A DNA stretch of 248,000 nucleotides from Hyalangium minutum (GTDB lineage: Bacteria; Myxococcota; Myxococcia; Myxococcales; Myxococcaceae), in the NCBI RefSeq assembly GCF_000737315.1, contig NZ_JMCB01000005.1, positions 20,001-268,000 on the forward strand. The letters are read 5' to 3'. Shown here piece after piece: positions 208,377 to 219,107 of this stretch. The notes beneath the pieces are model-generated. The model ran no database searches, had not been told where the DNA came from, and was given only the letters and a program-made list of their open reading frames with translations. Every line of letters begins with the position of its first letter. Within the stretch, counting starts at the first letter, position 1. The translations under genes and the position numbers were made by a program.

Positions 208377-209102
208377 ATGCGATTCTATTGGCTCAGCACC
208401 CCTCCATCGCCGCGTGACTCAGGCGGGTATACGTACGGGCATACATGGAGCCTGCCTGGAGTGGCCTGCCCGGTGTGCAATCTCTCTGGGGGCACGGCTG
208501 CGAATGCCTACCCTTCTGTAGACCTGTCTCACCTGCCGGCTCAGGAGCAGCGGAAGTACTTCGCGCGGTTCGAGGAAGACTTCGTGGAGTTCGAGCGGCT
208601 GCGCGAACAGGTGCGCCCGTTGGTGCCTTCCGGAATCCCCCTCTGGCCAGGGACTGCTTTCGGTCCCCTGCATGGCTCGGCCTGGGGAGAGTTTGGCCCG
208701 CTGAGCCTGATTCACGCGTGGGAGCTGTTGATCAGGCGTGAGCCATTCGAGCGTCTGCAGGCTGAGGGCTTGAGGGGCTTGAAGGGCTGTCGCACGGCCC
208801 TGCGCTTTCGCAAGAAGAACCCACCCGAGTTGCTGGAGATGGAATTGGTGCCCCGGGGCGAGTTCCACTCGGATTGCCTGCCGGAACGTCCCCTGCCCTG
208901 TCCGAAGTGCGAGAGGAGAGAACTCAAGTGTCCAGACGAGCCCATTCTGGATGCGGCCTCTCTGCCTGAAGACCAGGATTTGTTCCGACTGGCTGGGTTT
209001 CTGTCGATGATCATCGCCACCGAGCGCTTTGTAGATGCAGTGCGGCGTCTGAGCTACGAGCAGGATATCGCCTTCCGCGAACTGCCGGTGCGCGGCGCGT
209101 AG
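208377..209102 (+). CDS. Double-CXXCG-type immunity protein (SitI6-like)
   Basis: LPGVACPVC, WPGTAFGP, CPKC. Confidence 0.8.
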   Translation: MRFYWLSTPPSPRDSGGYTYGHTWSLPGVACPVCNLSGGTAANAYPSVDLSHLPAQEQRKYFARFEEDFVEFERLREQVRPLVPSGIPLWPGTAFGPLHGSAWGEFGPLSLIHAWELLIRREPFERLQAEGLRGLKGCRTALRFRKKNPPELLEMELVPRGEFHSDCLPERPLPCPKCERRELKCPDEPILDAASLPEDQDLFRLAGFLSMIIATERFVDAVRRLSYEQDIAFRELPVRGA

Positions 209103-209139
209103 CACAGGCTGGTTCAACTGATCGCGCCATGAAGCGGCG

Positions 209140-210591
209140 TCATGGCTGCTCGGAGGTGGGCGGCGGGCGGCTGTCGAAGACGGGCATGTAGCATTGGCCC
209201 TCTCGTTCGTAGGCTGCACCGCACGGCGGATCAATCCGGAGGATGGACCAGCAAGCTCCTATGACCACGACCTCCGAGCGTGGATTGCAGGGGGGCTTCT
209301 TCTGCCCAGGAAGAGGAGTCTTGGGCATGGCCAAACCGATGGCAGAGACAGGCAGTCCCGTTCGCGGACCCTCCTGCACGGAGGCCATGGCGGCATCCGC
209401 GACGCCAGCATCAGGCGTCTCTATGGGGGGTGTCGGAACCTCTTTGGCCATCAGCGGGGGGCCGGAAGGGGCCGATTCTTCTCGGGGCGCTGGGCCTGAT
209501 GGGAGCTTGGAACCGATGAGCACGACGAACCCCCCCACCATGGCGGCTGCAGCCCATGAGAGCAGCGCCAGGGTGGCGTGGTGCGTGGCGTCTGCTGAGG
209601 AGCGCTGACGGCTCGGAGGGGGAGGGGACCCGCTTGAGGACGCAGAACGGGACGGTGCCTCTAACTCAGAAGGAACTCCTACCCGAAGCAGGCGGATGGG
209701 ATTGTCCGCCACATGCCGAGTATGGAGCGCAGCGTGCTCTAACGCCTCTACCGTCTGAGGAGTGGTACCGCGGTTCGCTTTATCCTCGGAGAGCAGGCGC
209801 AGGATGATGCTGTCCAATTCTGGAGTGACCGTGGCGAGCTCTCTTGGGGGGCGCAGTTCCCGCTGCTCCTCATGCTGGGTCTCGCTGATGGGCGGGGGGT
209901 AGGTGCCCGTCACGAGCCGGTAGGCGGTGACGCCCAGCGCGTACAGGTCATCGCAGGGGCTCGCTTTCCAGCGCGCCTGGTCATCCCTGTAGAAGCGCCA
210001 CGTGAAGCGTAGCAGCTCCGGCGAGCGGTAGACGCTGGTGCCCGGAGGCGCACAGGTGTCCGTCAGCGGGCGCGCTCCCGGGAACCATCCGGCGCCGAAG
210101 TCCACCAGCACCGCGCGGCCTTCAGGAGTGACGCGGATGTTGTCCCCCTTGACGTCCCGGTGAACGGCGCCCGAGGCATGAACCGCCGCCAGTCCTTGTG
210201 CCACCTGGGCGAGCACTTCGAGCACGTCCCGGGAGGAGCGCTCTTCCTCGTGGCCCCACTCATAGAGGATGGAGCCCGCCACGTACTCCATGACTAGGTA
210301 AGGGTGGTCGTCACCCCGGGCCGAGATCCAGATCCCAAAGTCCTCAAAGCGAGGCAGCGCGGGGTGTTGAGTGCGCCGGAGCAGCTCGGCTTCCCGCTCG
210401 AAGCGCGGATCACCGGCTTGCTTGGCCATCTTCATGGCGAAGGGGCCTGCTTCCGGCTTCGAAGCGCGCTCCACCAGGAACACCACTCCGTAGCTGCCGG
210501 AGTCGATGCGTTCGAGGACACGCCAGGGGCCTACGAGCGAGCCGGGGCGCAGATCGCGAGGGTCAACAGGGGTCTCCAGGTCATCGCTCAA
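209140..210591 (-). CDS. Ser/Thr kinase with Cys-rich C-terminal domain
   Basis: HRDVKGDN, DFG, PPGT..YRSPE. Confidence 0.85.
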   Translation of the reverse strand: MSDDLETPVDPRDLRPGSLVGPWRVLERIDSGSYGVVFLVERASKPEAGPFAMKMAKQAGDPRFEREAELLRRTQHPALPRFEDFGIWISARGDDHPYLVMEYVAGSILYEWGHEEERSSRDVLEVLAQVAQGLAAVHASGAVHRDVKGDNIRVTPEGRAVLVDFGAGWFPGARPLTDTCAPPGTSVYRSPELLRFTWRFYRDDQARWKASPCDDLYALGVTAYRLVTGTYPPPISETQHEEQRELRPPRELATVTPELDSIILRLLSEDKANRGTTPQTVEALEHAALHTRHVADNPIRLLRVGVPSELEAPSRSASSSGSPPPPSRQRSSADATHHATLALLSWAAAAMVGGFVVLIGSKLPSGPAPREESAPSGPPLMAKEVPTPPIETPDAGVADAAMASVQEGPRTGLPVSAIGLAMPKTPLPGQKKPPCNPRSEVVVIGACWSILRIDPPCGAAYEREGQCYMPVFDSRPPPTSEQP

Positions 210592-210696
210592 GGGGCTTCT
210601 CCCGCAGGGGCGCGGAGCTGAACCCGAGCCTACCGAAGAGGTGGCCCAGAAGATACCCGCTCTCTTGGGTTGTGTCCGCCTGCCTCACGGGCATGA

Positions 210697-210750
210697 CTGT
210701 TCGGAAATGTCGGGACTTTTGCGTCCAAAACCCCCGACATTTCCGAACAG
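210697..210750. repeat. Perfect 18-bp inverted repeat upstream of the kinase
   Basis: CTGTTCGGAAATGTCGGG-N18-CCCGACATTTCCGAACAG. Confidence 0.85.
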
Positions 210751-210940
210751 GCGTCCGCGAGAACTCTTCGTAGCTGTGCCGGCCGCTGTGGACCCGGAAG
210801 GGAAGCCGATGTCAACCAGGAGGTAGGTTCTGCGCCCACCTCTGAAAGCGCATGCAAAGTCTTGCGGGCGTTACGAACCGGCGACAGGATGCGCCGCCGT
210901 TTTCCCTACAACTGCCACAACTCACCAGAGGGAGGGACGA

Positions 210941-212086
210941 GTGGACACCCGTTCTTCGATGACTCGTATCGGCGCCGCATCGGTGCTGGCTGCTGTGATG
211001 CTGCTGAGCCCCGCCTGCAAGAAGGAGGAGAAGCCTGCCGGTGATACCACCGGGACGGCGACGGGGACGCCTCCCGCGGCCGAGAAGAAGCCGGCCGGCG
211101 GGAAGATCGCCCTGCTGCTGCCCGAGACGAAGACGGCTCGTTACGAGTCCCACGACCGCCCTCACTTCGAGCGCAAGGTGAAGGAGCTGTGTTCCGAGTG
211201 CGAGGTCATCTACAGCAACGCGGATCAGGACGCGTCCAAGCAGCAGAACCAGGCCGAGGCCGCGCTGACCAACGGCGCCCAGGTGCTGGTGCTGGATCCG
211301 GTGGACTCCGCCTCGGCGGCCGCCATCGTCACGCGCGCCAAGCAGTCGAAGATCCCCGTCGTCAGCTATGACCGCCTCATCACCGGCGCGGACGTGGACT
211401 ACTACATCTCGTTCGACAACGAGAAGGTCGGCAAGCTCCAGGCCACCGCGCTCGTGGACAAGCTCAAGGCGGACGGGAAGACGGGCGGCACCATCGTGAT
211501 GATCAACGGTGCGCCCACCGACAACAACGCCAAGCTCTTCAAGGCCGGCGCGCACAGCATCATCGACGGCAGCGGCCTGAAGATCGGCGCCGAGTACGAC
211601 ACCCCGGACTGGAGCCCGGACAAGGCCCAGCAGCAGATGGAGCAGGCCATCACCTCCATCGGCAAGGACAAGATCGCCGGCGTGTACTGCGCCAATGACG
211701 GCACGGCGGGCGGCGCCATCGCGGCCATGAAGGCCGCGGGCGTCAAGCCGCTGCCCCCCGTCACGGGCCAGGACGCGGAGCTGGCGGGTATCCAGCGCAT
211801 CATCGCGGGCGAGCAGTTCATGACCGTCTACAAGGCCATCAAGCCCGAGGCCGAGGTCGCCGCGGAGCTGGCGGTGGCGCTGGTGCGCGGCCAGCAGGCC
211901 CCGGCGGGCAAGGTCAACGCCAAGGTGAACAACGGCAAGCTGGACGTGCCCTCCATCCTCCTGGAGCCCGTGGCCGTCACCAAGGACAACGTGAAGACCA
212001 CGGTCGTCGCGGACGGGTTCTGGAAGCCGGACGAGCTCTGCGCCGGCTCCTACAAGGACGCCTGCACCGCGGCCCAGATCCAGTAA
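210941..212086 (+). CDS. Monosaccharide ABC substrate-binding lipoprotein (XylF-like)
   Basis: RYESHD, YDRLI, SFDNEKVG, GQDAE. Confidence 0.88.
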   Translation: MDTRSSMTRIGAASVLAAVMLLSPACKKEEKPAGDTTGTATGTPPAAEKKPAGGKIALLLPETKTARYESHDRPHFERKVKELCSECEVIYSNADQDASKQQNQAEAALTNGAQVLVLDPVDSASAAAIVTRAKQSKIPVVSYDRLITGADVDYYISFDNEKVGKLQATALVDKLKADGKTGGTIVMINGAPTDNNAKLFKAGAHSIIDGSGLKIGAEYDTPDWSPDKAQQQMEQAITSIGKDKIAGVYCANDGTAGGAIAAMKAAGVKPLPPVTGQDAELAGIQRIIAGEQFMTVYKAIKPEAEVAAELAVALVRGQQAPAGKVNAKVNNGKLDVPSILLEPVAVTKDNVKTTVVADGFWKPDELCAGSYKDACTAAQIQ

Positions 212087-212101
212087 CGCCTGGAGGGTGG
212101 A

Positions 212102-212890
212102 ATGACCGCTACATCGTTGCTGGAGCTGAAAGGGGTCTCCAAGCGCTTCGGGGCCGTCCAGGCCCTCACCACGGTGGACTTCGAGGTCCGCCCCGGTGAG
212201 GTCGTGGCCCTGGTGGGCGACAACGGGGCCGGGAAGTCCACCCTCATCAAGATCATCTCAGGAATCATCCCCATCGACGAAGGGCAGGTCCTCTTCGAGG
212301 GCCGGCCCGTCTCCCTGAACGGGCCTCAGGCCTCGTCGTCGCTGGGAATTGCCACCGTGTACCAGGACCTCGCGCTGTGCGACAACCTGGACGTCGTGGG
212401 CAACCTGTTCCTCGGGCGCGAAGTGCGCTCGGGGGCCGCGGGCAAGCTCACGGGGTGGCTGGACGAGACCGCCATGGAGCAGCAGGCGAGCGCGCTGCTC
212501 CAGCGGCTCAGTGTGAGCATCCCCAGCGTGCGCACGCAGGTGGCCGCGCTGTCGGGTGGCCAGCGGCAGTCCATCGCGGTGGCTCGCGCGATGATGGGCT
212601 CGCCGAAGATGGTGCTGCTGGACGAGCCCACCGCGGCGCTCGGTGTGGCGCAGACGCGCCAGGTGCTGGACCTCATCCGCCGCCTGCGCGAGCAGGGCCT
212701 GGGCGTGGTGGTCATCAGCCATAACCTGATGGATGTGTTCTCCGTGTCCGACCGCATCATCGTGATGCGGCTGGGCAAGCGGGTGGCGACCTTCGACACC
212801 CAGGCGGCCAAGGAAGTCGAGGTCGTCTCCGCCATCACCGGAGCCAAGAAGCAGGAAGTCGTCGAGACGCTCAAGACGGAGGCCCAATGA
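212102..212890 (+). CDS. Sugar ABC ATPase
   Basis: GDNGAGKST, LSGGQRQ. Confidence 0.9.
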   Translation: MTATSLLELKGVSKRFGAVQALTTVDFEVRPGEVVALVGDNGAGKSTLIKIISGIIPIDEGQVLFEGRPVSLNGPQASSSLGIATVYQDLALCDNLDVVGNLFLGREVRSGAAGKLTGWLDETAMEQQASALLQRLSVSIPSVRTQVAALSGGQRQSIAVARAMMGSPKMVLLDEPTAALGVAQTRQVLDLIRRLREQGLGVVVISHNLMDVFSVSDRIIVMRLGKRVATFDTQAAKEVEVVSAITGAKKQEVVETLKTEAQ

Positions 212891-214122
212891 GCTCCCCCCG
212901 TGAAGTCGTGGCCTATGTCGATCCGCGCTTGATTCAGGATGCCCCGGGTCTGAAGGGTGCGTGGCAGGGCTTCCGCCGCCGCGTGTCCCAGGGCGAGCTG
213001 GGCAGCCTGCCCGTCATCGTCGGACTGAGCCTCATCTGGCTCATCTTCTATGTGGCCAACGAGCGCTTCCTCTCCGCCGTCAACCTCACCAACCTGATGC
213101 TGCAGATCGCCGCCATGGGGACGATCTCCGCGGGCATCGTGCTGGTGCTGCTGCTGGGAGAGATTGACCTGTCGGCGGGCGCCGTGAGCGGCCTGTCCGC
213201 CGCGGTGATGGCCATCCTCAACGTGAAGCACGGGTGGGGGGCTGTTCCGGCGCTCCTGGCGGGCCTGGCCGCCGGCGCGGGCATCGGCCTGTTCCACGGC
213301 CTGTGGATTACGCGGTTCCGCGTGCCCTCGTTCGTGGTGACGCTGGCCGGACTGCTGGGCTGGCAGGGTGCGCTGCTTTTCGTGCTGGGCAACACCGGCA
213401 CGGTGAACCTGAATGACCCGGTCATCAACGGGCTGACCGGCACCTTCTTCGAGCCGGCCATTGCCTGGCCCATCGCCATCCTCATCATCGCCCTCTACGT
213501 GGCCACGGTGCTGGTCGAGCGGATGCGCCGGGGGGCGGCGGGGCTGCCCCAGGCGCACCTGCGCTCCACCGTGGCGCGCATGGTGGTCATCTCCGGCGCG
213601 GTGGTGGCCTCGGTGGCCGTGTTCACCCAGGACCGCGGCTTGCCGCTGGCGGCCATCATCTTCGCGGGCTTCGTGGTGGGCATTGAACTGCTCATCAAGC
213701 GCACCCGCTTCGGCCGGCACGTCTTCGCGGTGGGTGGCAACGCCGAGGCGGCTCGCCGCGCGGGCATCCGCGTGGAGACCATCCGCGTGGCCATCTTCAC
213801 CCTGGCCTCCACCATGGCGGCTGCGGGTGGTATCCTTGCCTCCTCGCGCTTGCTGGCGGTGAACCAGTCCTCTGGCAGCGGCGACGTGCTGCTCAACGCC
213901 ATCGCCGCGGCGGTGATTGGCGGCACCAGCCTCTTCGGCGGGCGCGGTTCGGCCTGGTCGGCCATCCTGGGAGCGCTGGTGATTGGCTCTATCTCCAACG
214001 GAATGGACCTGCTCGCGCTATCCTCGTCCGTGAAGTTCATGGTCACGGGCGCGGTGCTGCTGGTGGCGGCCTCCATCGACGCGCTCTCACGGAGAGGCCG
214101 GCAGGCGGCGGGCAGGGCGTGA
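212887..214122 (+). CDS. Sugar ABC permease (XylH-like)
   Basis: GEIDLSAG, IAAAVIGGTSL.GGRG. Confidence 0.9.
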   Translation: MSSPREVVAYVDPRLIQDAPGLKGAWQGFRRRVSQGELGSLPVIVGLSLIWLIFYVANERFLSAVNLTNLMLQIAAMGTISAGIVLVLLLGEIDLSAGAVSGLSAAVMAILNVKHGWGAVPALLAGLAAGAGIGLFHGLWITRFRVPSFVVTLAGLLGWQGALLFVLGNTGTVNLNDPVINGLTGTFFEPAIAWPIAILIIALYVATVLVERMRRGAAGLPQAHLRSTVARMVVISGAVVASVAVFTQDRGLPLAAIIFAGFVVGIELLIKRTRFGRHVFAVGGNAEAARRAGIRVETIRVAIFTLASTMAAAGGILASSRLLAVNQSSGSGDVLLNAIAAAVIGGTSLFGGRGSAWSAILGALVIGSISNGMDLLALSSSVKFMVTGAVLLVAASIDALSRRGRQAAGRA

Positions 214123-214165
214123 ACCGGGCGCCGGGGCGCAGGTCCCCGGCCCTCAGGGAGACGCG

Positions 214166-215254
214166 ATGACGACGGGAGCACCCGCCCTTCGAGTGGGCAT
214201 CATCGGCACAGGCTTCGCGCGCTCCACGCAGATCCCCGCATTTCAGTCGCTCCCGGGCGTGGAGGTGGTCTCCATCGCCAGCGCCCGGCTCGAGCGCGCC
214301 GAGCAGGTGGCGCGCGAGTGTGGCATCCCTCGCGCCACCCAGGACTGGCGCGAGGTGGTGCGGGACCCGGGGGTGGACCTCGTCAGCATCGTCACCCCGC
214401 CGCACCTGCACCGCGAGATGGCCATCGCCGCGGTGCACGCGGGCAAGGCCGTGCTCTGCGAGAAGCCCACCTCGCTGGAGGCCGCCGAGGCGGAGATCAT
214501 GTGGCTGGCGGCCGAGCAGCGGGGCGTGCTCGCGCTGATGGACCATGAGCTGCGCTTCCTGCCCTCGCGCCAGCGGATGCGGGAGATCATCCTCTCCGGA
214601 GAGCTGGGGACGATTCATCACGCCCGCGTGCGCTACCGCAGCGACAACCGCGCCGGACCCGGGCGGCCGTGGGACTGGTGGTCGGACGTGGCGCGCGGCG
214701 GAGGACTGCTGGGGGCGCTGGGCTCGCATGCGGTGGACGCGCTGCGCTTCCTGCTGGGCCGCGAGCCGACGGAAGTCTTGGGCGTCCTGGCCACGCACAT
214801 CCCCTCGCGGCCGGATGCGCAGAGCGGCACAGCGCGGATGGTGACGTCCGATGACGAGGTGCAGGCGCTGCTGGGCTTCGGCGGAGGCCTCACGGCCGCG
214901 ATGAGCCTCTCCGCGGTGGAGCCCGGCAAGCCGATGCACGTGGTGGAGGTGTTCGGTACGCGCGGCGGCCTGCGCGTGGAGGGCTCGGAGTTGCTGCGGG
215001 CCGAGGTGGGCGGCCGGCGGTGGGCGCCGGTGGAGCTGCCTTCGCTGCAGCCGCTGCCCGCGGGCATGCCGGAGACCGAGTGGGCGCTCGGCTTCGTGCA
215101 GTACGCGCGCGCCATCGTCGAGGCACTGCGGGCGGGCGCCCGGACGCTGCCTGGGGCGGCCTCCTTCGAGGAGGGGTGGCGCAACCAGCGTGTGCTGGAT
215201 GCCATTCGCCGCTCCCACTCCGAGCGCCGCTGGATTCCTCTCAGCAAGGTGTAG
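214166..215254 (+). CDS. Gfo/Idh/MocA oxidoreductase
   Basis: GIIGTG, CEKP. Confidence 0.88.
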   Translation: MTTGAPALRVGIIGTGFARSTQIPAFQSLPGVEVVSIASARLERAEQVARECGIPRATQDWREVVRDPGVDLVSIVTPPHLHREMAIAAVHAGKAVLCEKPTSLEAAEAEIMWLAAEQRGVLALMDHELRFLPSRQRMREIILSGELGTIHHARVRYRSDNRAGPGRPWDWWSDVARGGGLLGALGSHAVDALRFLLGREPTEVLGVLATHIPSRPDAQSGTARMVTSDDEVQALLGFGGGLTAAMSLSAVEPGKPMHVVEVFGTRGGLRVEGSELLRAEVGGRRWAPVELPSLQPLPAGMPETEWALGFVQYARAIVEALRAGARTLPGAASFEEGWRNQRVLDAIRRSHSERRWIPLSKV

Positions 215255-215330
215255 CAGGGCGAGAAGCTGCCTGCCGGGCGGGCCTGTGTCTGCGGCTCGG
215301 GGCTCCCCACCTTTCAAGGTGGAGCCACGA

Positions 215331-218129
215331 ATGGATTCGATAAAGACACCCCAGACGAGCAGCCCTGCGGCCGCCTCCTGGCACTCGCTCGCCGCCGAAG
215401 ATGTGCTGAAGCGCCTGCAGACCACCGCCGAAGGACTCTCCCACCAGGAGGGCCAACAGCGGCTGGCACGCCACGGCCCCAACGTCCTGGAGCGCCAGAG
215501 CCAGAGCGGCCCGCTCCGGGTGCTCTTCCGGCAGATCAACAACCCGCTCATCTGGGTGCTGCTCGGCTCCGCGGTGCTGGCCATCGCGCTGGGGAAGGTG
215601 ACGGACGGGCTGGTGGTGCTCGCGGTGGTGGTGCTCAACACCGTCATCGGCTTCGTGCAGGAGTTCCGGGCTGGCCGCGCCATCGAGGCGCTGTCGCGCA
215701 TGGTGCCGGAGCTCACCGCCGTGCTGCGCGGCGGGCACAAGGTGACGGTTCCCGCAGCGGAGCTGGTGCTGGGGGACGTGGTGATGCTGGCCTCGGGAGA
215801 CAAGGTGCCGGCGGACCTGCGGCTGATCTCCGTGCGCAACCTCCAGGTGGAGGAGGCCGCGCTCACGGGCGAGTCCGTGCCCGTCATGAAGCAGCTCCGG
215901 CCCGTGGCCGAGGACGCGGCCCTGGGCGACCGCTCCAACCTCGCCTTTGGTGGCACGCTCGTGACGTCTGGCACGGGCACCGCCGTGGTGGTGGCCACCG
216001 GAGGGCATACGGAGCTGGGGCGCATCTCGAAGATGCTGGGCGAGACGGTGGATTTGCAGACACCGTTGACGAAAGCGCTGGCGACCATTGGCCGCTTCCT
216101 CACCATCGGCATCCTGGCGGTCTCGGTGGTGCTGCTGGCCGTGGGGCTGCTGCGTGGCTACGCGGTGGGCGAAGCCCTGCTCGTGGCCATCACCCTGGCC
216201 GTCGCCGCCATCCCCGAGGGCCTTCCCGCCATCGTCACCATCGCCCTGGCCATCGGCGTGCAGCGCATGGCGGCGCGCCGGGCCGTCATCCGGAAGCTGC
216301 CTGCGGTGGAGACGCTCGGGAGCACCACCGTCATCTGCTCGGACAAGACGGGCACGCTCACGCGCAATGAGATGACAGTGCAGGCGCTGTGGACGCCTGC
216401 GGGTGGCTGGACCATGTCGGGTGTGGGGTATGCGCCGGAGGGGCGCCTCCATCAGAAGGGCGTGCCCGTGGACGGAGTGCCCGAGGCCGCGCGGGAGCTG
216501 CTGCGGGCCGGAGCGCTCTGCAACGACGCCGCGCTCCAGTCCAAAGGGGGGAAGTGGGAGCTGACGGGAGACCCCACCGAGGGCGCGCTCCTGGTGGCGG
216601 CGGAGAAGGCAGGACTGCCCGTGGAGGAACTCTGTGAGCGTTTCCCCCGGGTGGATGCCATCCCCTTCGAATCGGAGAGCCAGTTCATGGCGACCCTGCA
216701 TGAGGACGGAGAGGACCGCCGGTCTATCTTCCTCAAGGGCGCTCCGGAGGTCATCCTGCGGCGCTGCGCGCTCCCCGAGGGCCTACGCCCAGAAGGAGTG
216801 CTCGCCGAGGTGGAGCGGATGGCCGAGGGGGGCATGCGTGTGCTGGCGGTGGCCTCGAAGGCGGTACCCGCCACGCACGAGCGGATGGAGCCGGAGCACG
216901 TGGCCGGAGGCTTCTCACTGTTGGGCCTGCAGGGGATGATCGATCCGCCGCGCCAGGAGGCCATCGCCGCGGTGCGGGCGTGCCACGAGGCAGGCATCGT
217001 CGTGAAGATGATCACCGGCGATCACCAGAAGACGGCGGAGAGCATCGGCCGGGAGCTGGGGCTGCACGGGACGGGACCCGCGCTGACGGGGCGGCAGCTC
217101 GCGGAGCTGAACGACCACCAGCTGGCGGAGGCCGGGGCCACCACGAACGTGTTCGCGCGCGTCGCTCCCGAGCACAAGCTGCGGCTGGTGCGCGCGCTCC
217201 AGGCCCGGCACCAGGTGGTGGCGATGACGGGCGATGGTGTCAACGACGCGCCCGCGCTCAAGCAGGCCAACATCGGTGTGGCCATGGGCATCACCGGCAC
217301 GGCCGTGTCGAAGGAGGCGGCGGACATCGTCCTCATGGACGACAACTTCGCGTCGATCGCGGCGGCGGTGGAGGAGGGCCGGCGCGTCTATGACAACCTC
217401 ATCAAGTCCCTGGCGTTCGTGCTGCCCACCAACCTGGGGCTGGCGCTCATCCTGGCCTTCGGCGTGGCCTTCTTCCCCATCCAAGAGGTGGGCGGAGCGC
217501 TGGCGCCGCTGATGCCCATGCTCCCGACGCAGCTCCTGTGGATCAACCTGGTGGCCACCGTGGCGCTGGCCCTGCCGCTGGCCTTCGAGGCCAAGGAGCC
217601 CAACGTCATGCAGCGGCCGCCGCGCAGTCCCAGCGGGCCCGTGCTGAGCCGCTTCGTGGTGGTGCGCACCCTGGTGGCGGCGGTGCTGATGGCCGCGGGC
217701 GCCATCGGGCTGTTCCTCTGGGAGTACACCTCCGAGGTGGGACGCTCCGGGCACGCGGTGGCGCTGCGCGAGGCCCAGACCATGGCCGTCACCACCGTCA
217801 TCCTCTTCCAGATCTTCTACATGCTCATGTGCCGCAGCCTGAAAGGCTCGATCTTCCGGCTGGGCTGGCTCAGCAACCCCACTGTCTTCGTGGGCATCGG
217901 CGTGCTGGTGCTGCTGCAGCTGGGCTTCATCTACCTGCCCTTCATGCAGAAGGTGTTCGGCACCTCCGCGCTGGATTGGAAGGCGCTCGGGATGTCCACC
218001 CTGGTGGCGGTCGTCATCCTCCCCGTCATTGGCGCGGAGAAGCTCTGGCGCTCGCGGCGGGAGCGGACCTCCCTGGATCGCCGCGAGCCACCTCGGGGCT
218101 TGCGTGTGGGGCCTCGGCTCCCGGCGTAG
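215331..218129 (+). CDS. P-type cation-transporting ATPase
   Basis: TGES, PEGLP, DKTGTLT, GDGVND. Confidence 0.93.
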   Translation: MDSIKTPQTSSPAAASWHSLAAEDVLKRLQTTAEGLSHQEGQQRLARHGPNVLERQSQSGPLRVLFRQINNPLIWVLLGSAVLAIALGKVTDGLVVLAVVVLNTVIGFVQEFRAGRAIEALSRMVPELTAVLRGGHKVTVPAAELVLGDVVMLASGDKVPADLRLISVRNLQVEEAALTGESVPVMKQLRPVAEDAALGDRSNLAFGGTLVTSGTGTAVVVATGGHTELGRISKMLGETVDLQTPLTKALATIGRFLTIGILAVSVVLLAVGLLRGYAVGEALLVAITLAVAAIPEGLPAIVTIALAIGVQRMAARRAVIRKLPAVETLGSTTVICSDKTGTLTRNEMTVQALWTPAGGWTMSGVGYAPEGRLHQKGVPVDGVPEAARELLRAGALCNDAALQSKGGKWELTGDPTEGALLVAAEKAGLPVEELCERFPRVDAIPFESESQFMATLHEDGEDRRSIFLKGAPEVILRRCALPEGLRPEGVLAEVERMAEGGMRVLAVASKAVPATHERMEPEHVAGGFSLLGLQGMIDPPRQEAIAAVRACHEAGIVVKMITGDHQKTAESIGRELGLHGTGPALTGRQLAELNDHQLAEAGATTNVFARVAPEHKLRLVRALQARHQVVAMTGDGVNDAPALKQANIGVAMGITGTAVSKEAADIVLMDDNFASIAAAVEEGRRVYDNLIKSLAFVLPTNLGLALILAFGVAFFPIQEVGGALAPLMPMLPTQLLWINLVATVALALPLAFEAKEPNVMQRPPRSPSGPVLSRFVVVRTLVAAVLMAAGAIGLFLWEYTSEVGRSGHAVALREAQTMAVTTVILFQIFYMLMCRSLKGSIFRLGWLSNPTVFVGIGVLVLLQLGFIYLPFMQKVFGTSALDWKALGMSTLVAVVILPVIGAEKLWRSRRERTSLDRREPPRGLRVGPRLPA

Positions 218130-218140
218130 GCGAGGGACAC

Positions 218141-219055
218141 TCAGGGCGTGACGGCCCGGACGTCGCGGGCGGCGGCATCCGGGAGCGCGCGGTCCTCGGG
218201 CTCGAAGACGAGCTGGCACTTGTCCAGCTTCGTCCCACACACCCGGTCGAGATCGCTCCGGGTGTCGCAGCCATACCGCTCCGTGCAGGTGTCCGGCAGG
218301 AAGGCCCAGACGAACTGGAGCACGGTGCTCCGGCGGCCCTCCGGCAGCGCGGCGAGGAAGTCCTCGCGGTAGGTGTCGAAGACCTGAGCCAGGTGGACGG
218401 TGTCCTTCTCCAGCCGCACGTGGCGGCGGTCGCCGACGAAGCGGCGGGCCGCGTCGTTGAGCTGCGAGTCGAGGAAGGAAGGGTCAAAGGGCGCGCCATC
218501 CAACAGGGGCCCACCGCGTGTGCCGTGGAAGAGCGCGAGGTGGATGCGCGGATCGGCGTACTCCCGGTCGAGGATGCGGTGCTCCAGGGCCCAGAGCGTC
218601 AGGCGCTGGCCGCCCACCGGCCACGAGCGGCCCCAGAAGAAGTGCCCGAAGGCCTTGTCATGCACGCTCTCGAGGTAGGGGTACTCGTCCACCAGGGACT
218701 GCAGCACGAGCGCGTGGTAGGCGTTGAGCCAGTAGGCCAGCGCGTCCTCGGGCTTGGGGAAGAGGTCCGGCCGCGAGCGCGGTGAGAAGGTGGCCAGCGA
218801 GCGGACGAAGGTGTCCAGCTCCTGGCGGTCCCGGCCGATGGCGGAGAAGTCCACGTCCCCATCCGGCTTCACGTTGCGCAGCACGTGGGCGTAGCCGTTG
218901 TAGTGGAAGGGGAAGTCCCCGCTGGGGACCGAGGCGGGCAGCAGCCCGTAGAAGAAGAGCACGCTGCCCACGGCGAGCACCGCGGGCAGCACGAAGGCCC
219001 CCAGGACGAGCAGGAGACGGCGGCGGCTGGGCGAGGGAGTCTCCAAGGCTGCCAC
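218141..219055 (-). CDS. DUF547 domain protein
   Basis: AYWLNAYHA, LEH.IL, DPRIH. Confidence 0.8.
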   Translation of the reverse strand: MAALETPSPSRRRLLLVLGAFVLPAVLAVGSVLFFYGLLPASVPSGDFPFHYNGYAHVLRNVKPDGDVDFSAIGRDRQELDTFVRSLATFSPRSRPDLFPKPEDALAYWLNAYHALVLQSLVDEYPYLESVHDKAFGHFFWGRSWPVGGQRLTLWALEHRILDREYADPRIHLALFHGTRGGPLLDGAPFDPSFLDSQLNDAARRFVGDRRHVRLEKDTVHLAQVFDTYREDFLAALPEGRRSTVLQFVWAFLPDTCTERYGCDTRSDLDRVCGTKLDKCQLVFEPEDRALPDAAARDVRAVTP

Positions 219056-219107
219056 AGTGTAGCCCAGCGGGGCTTGGCTCGCAGGAACGCGCAAGGGCGG
219101 GGGCGGT

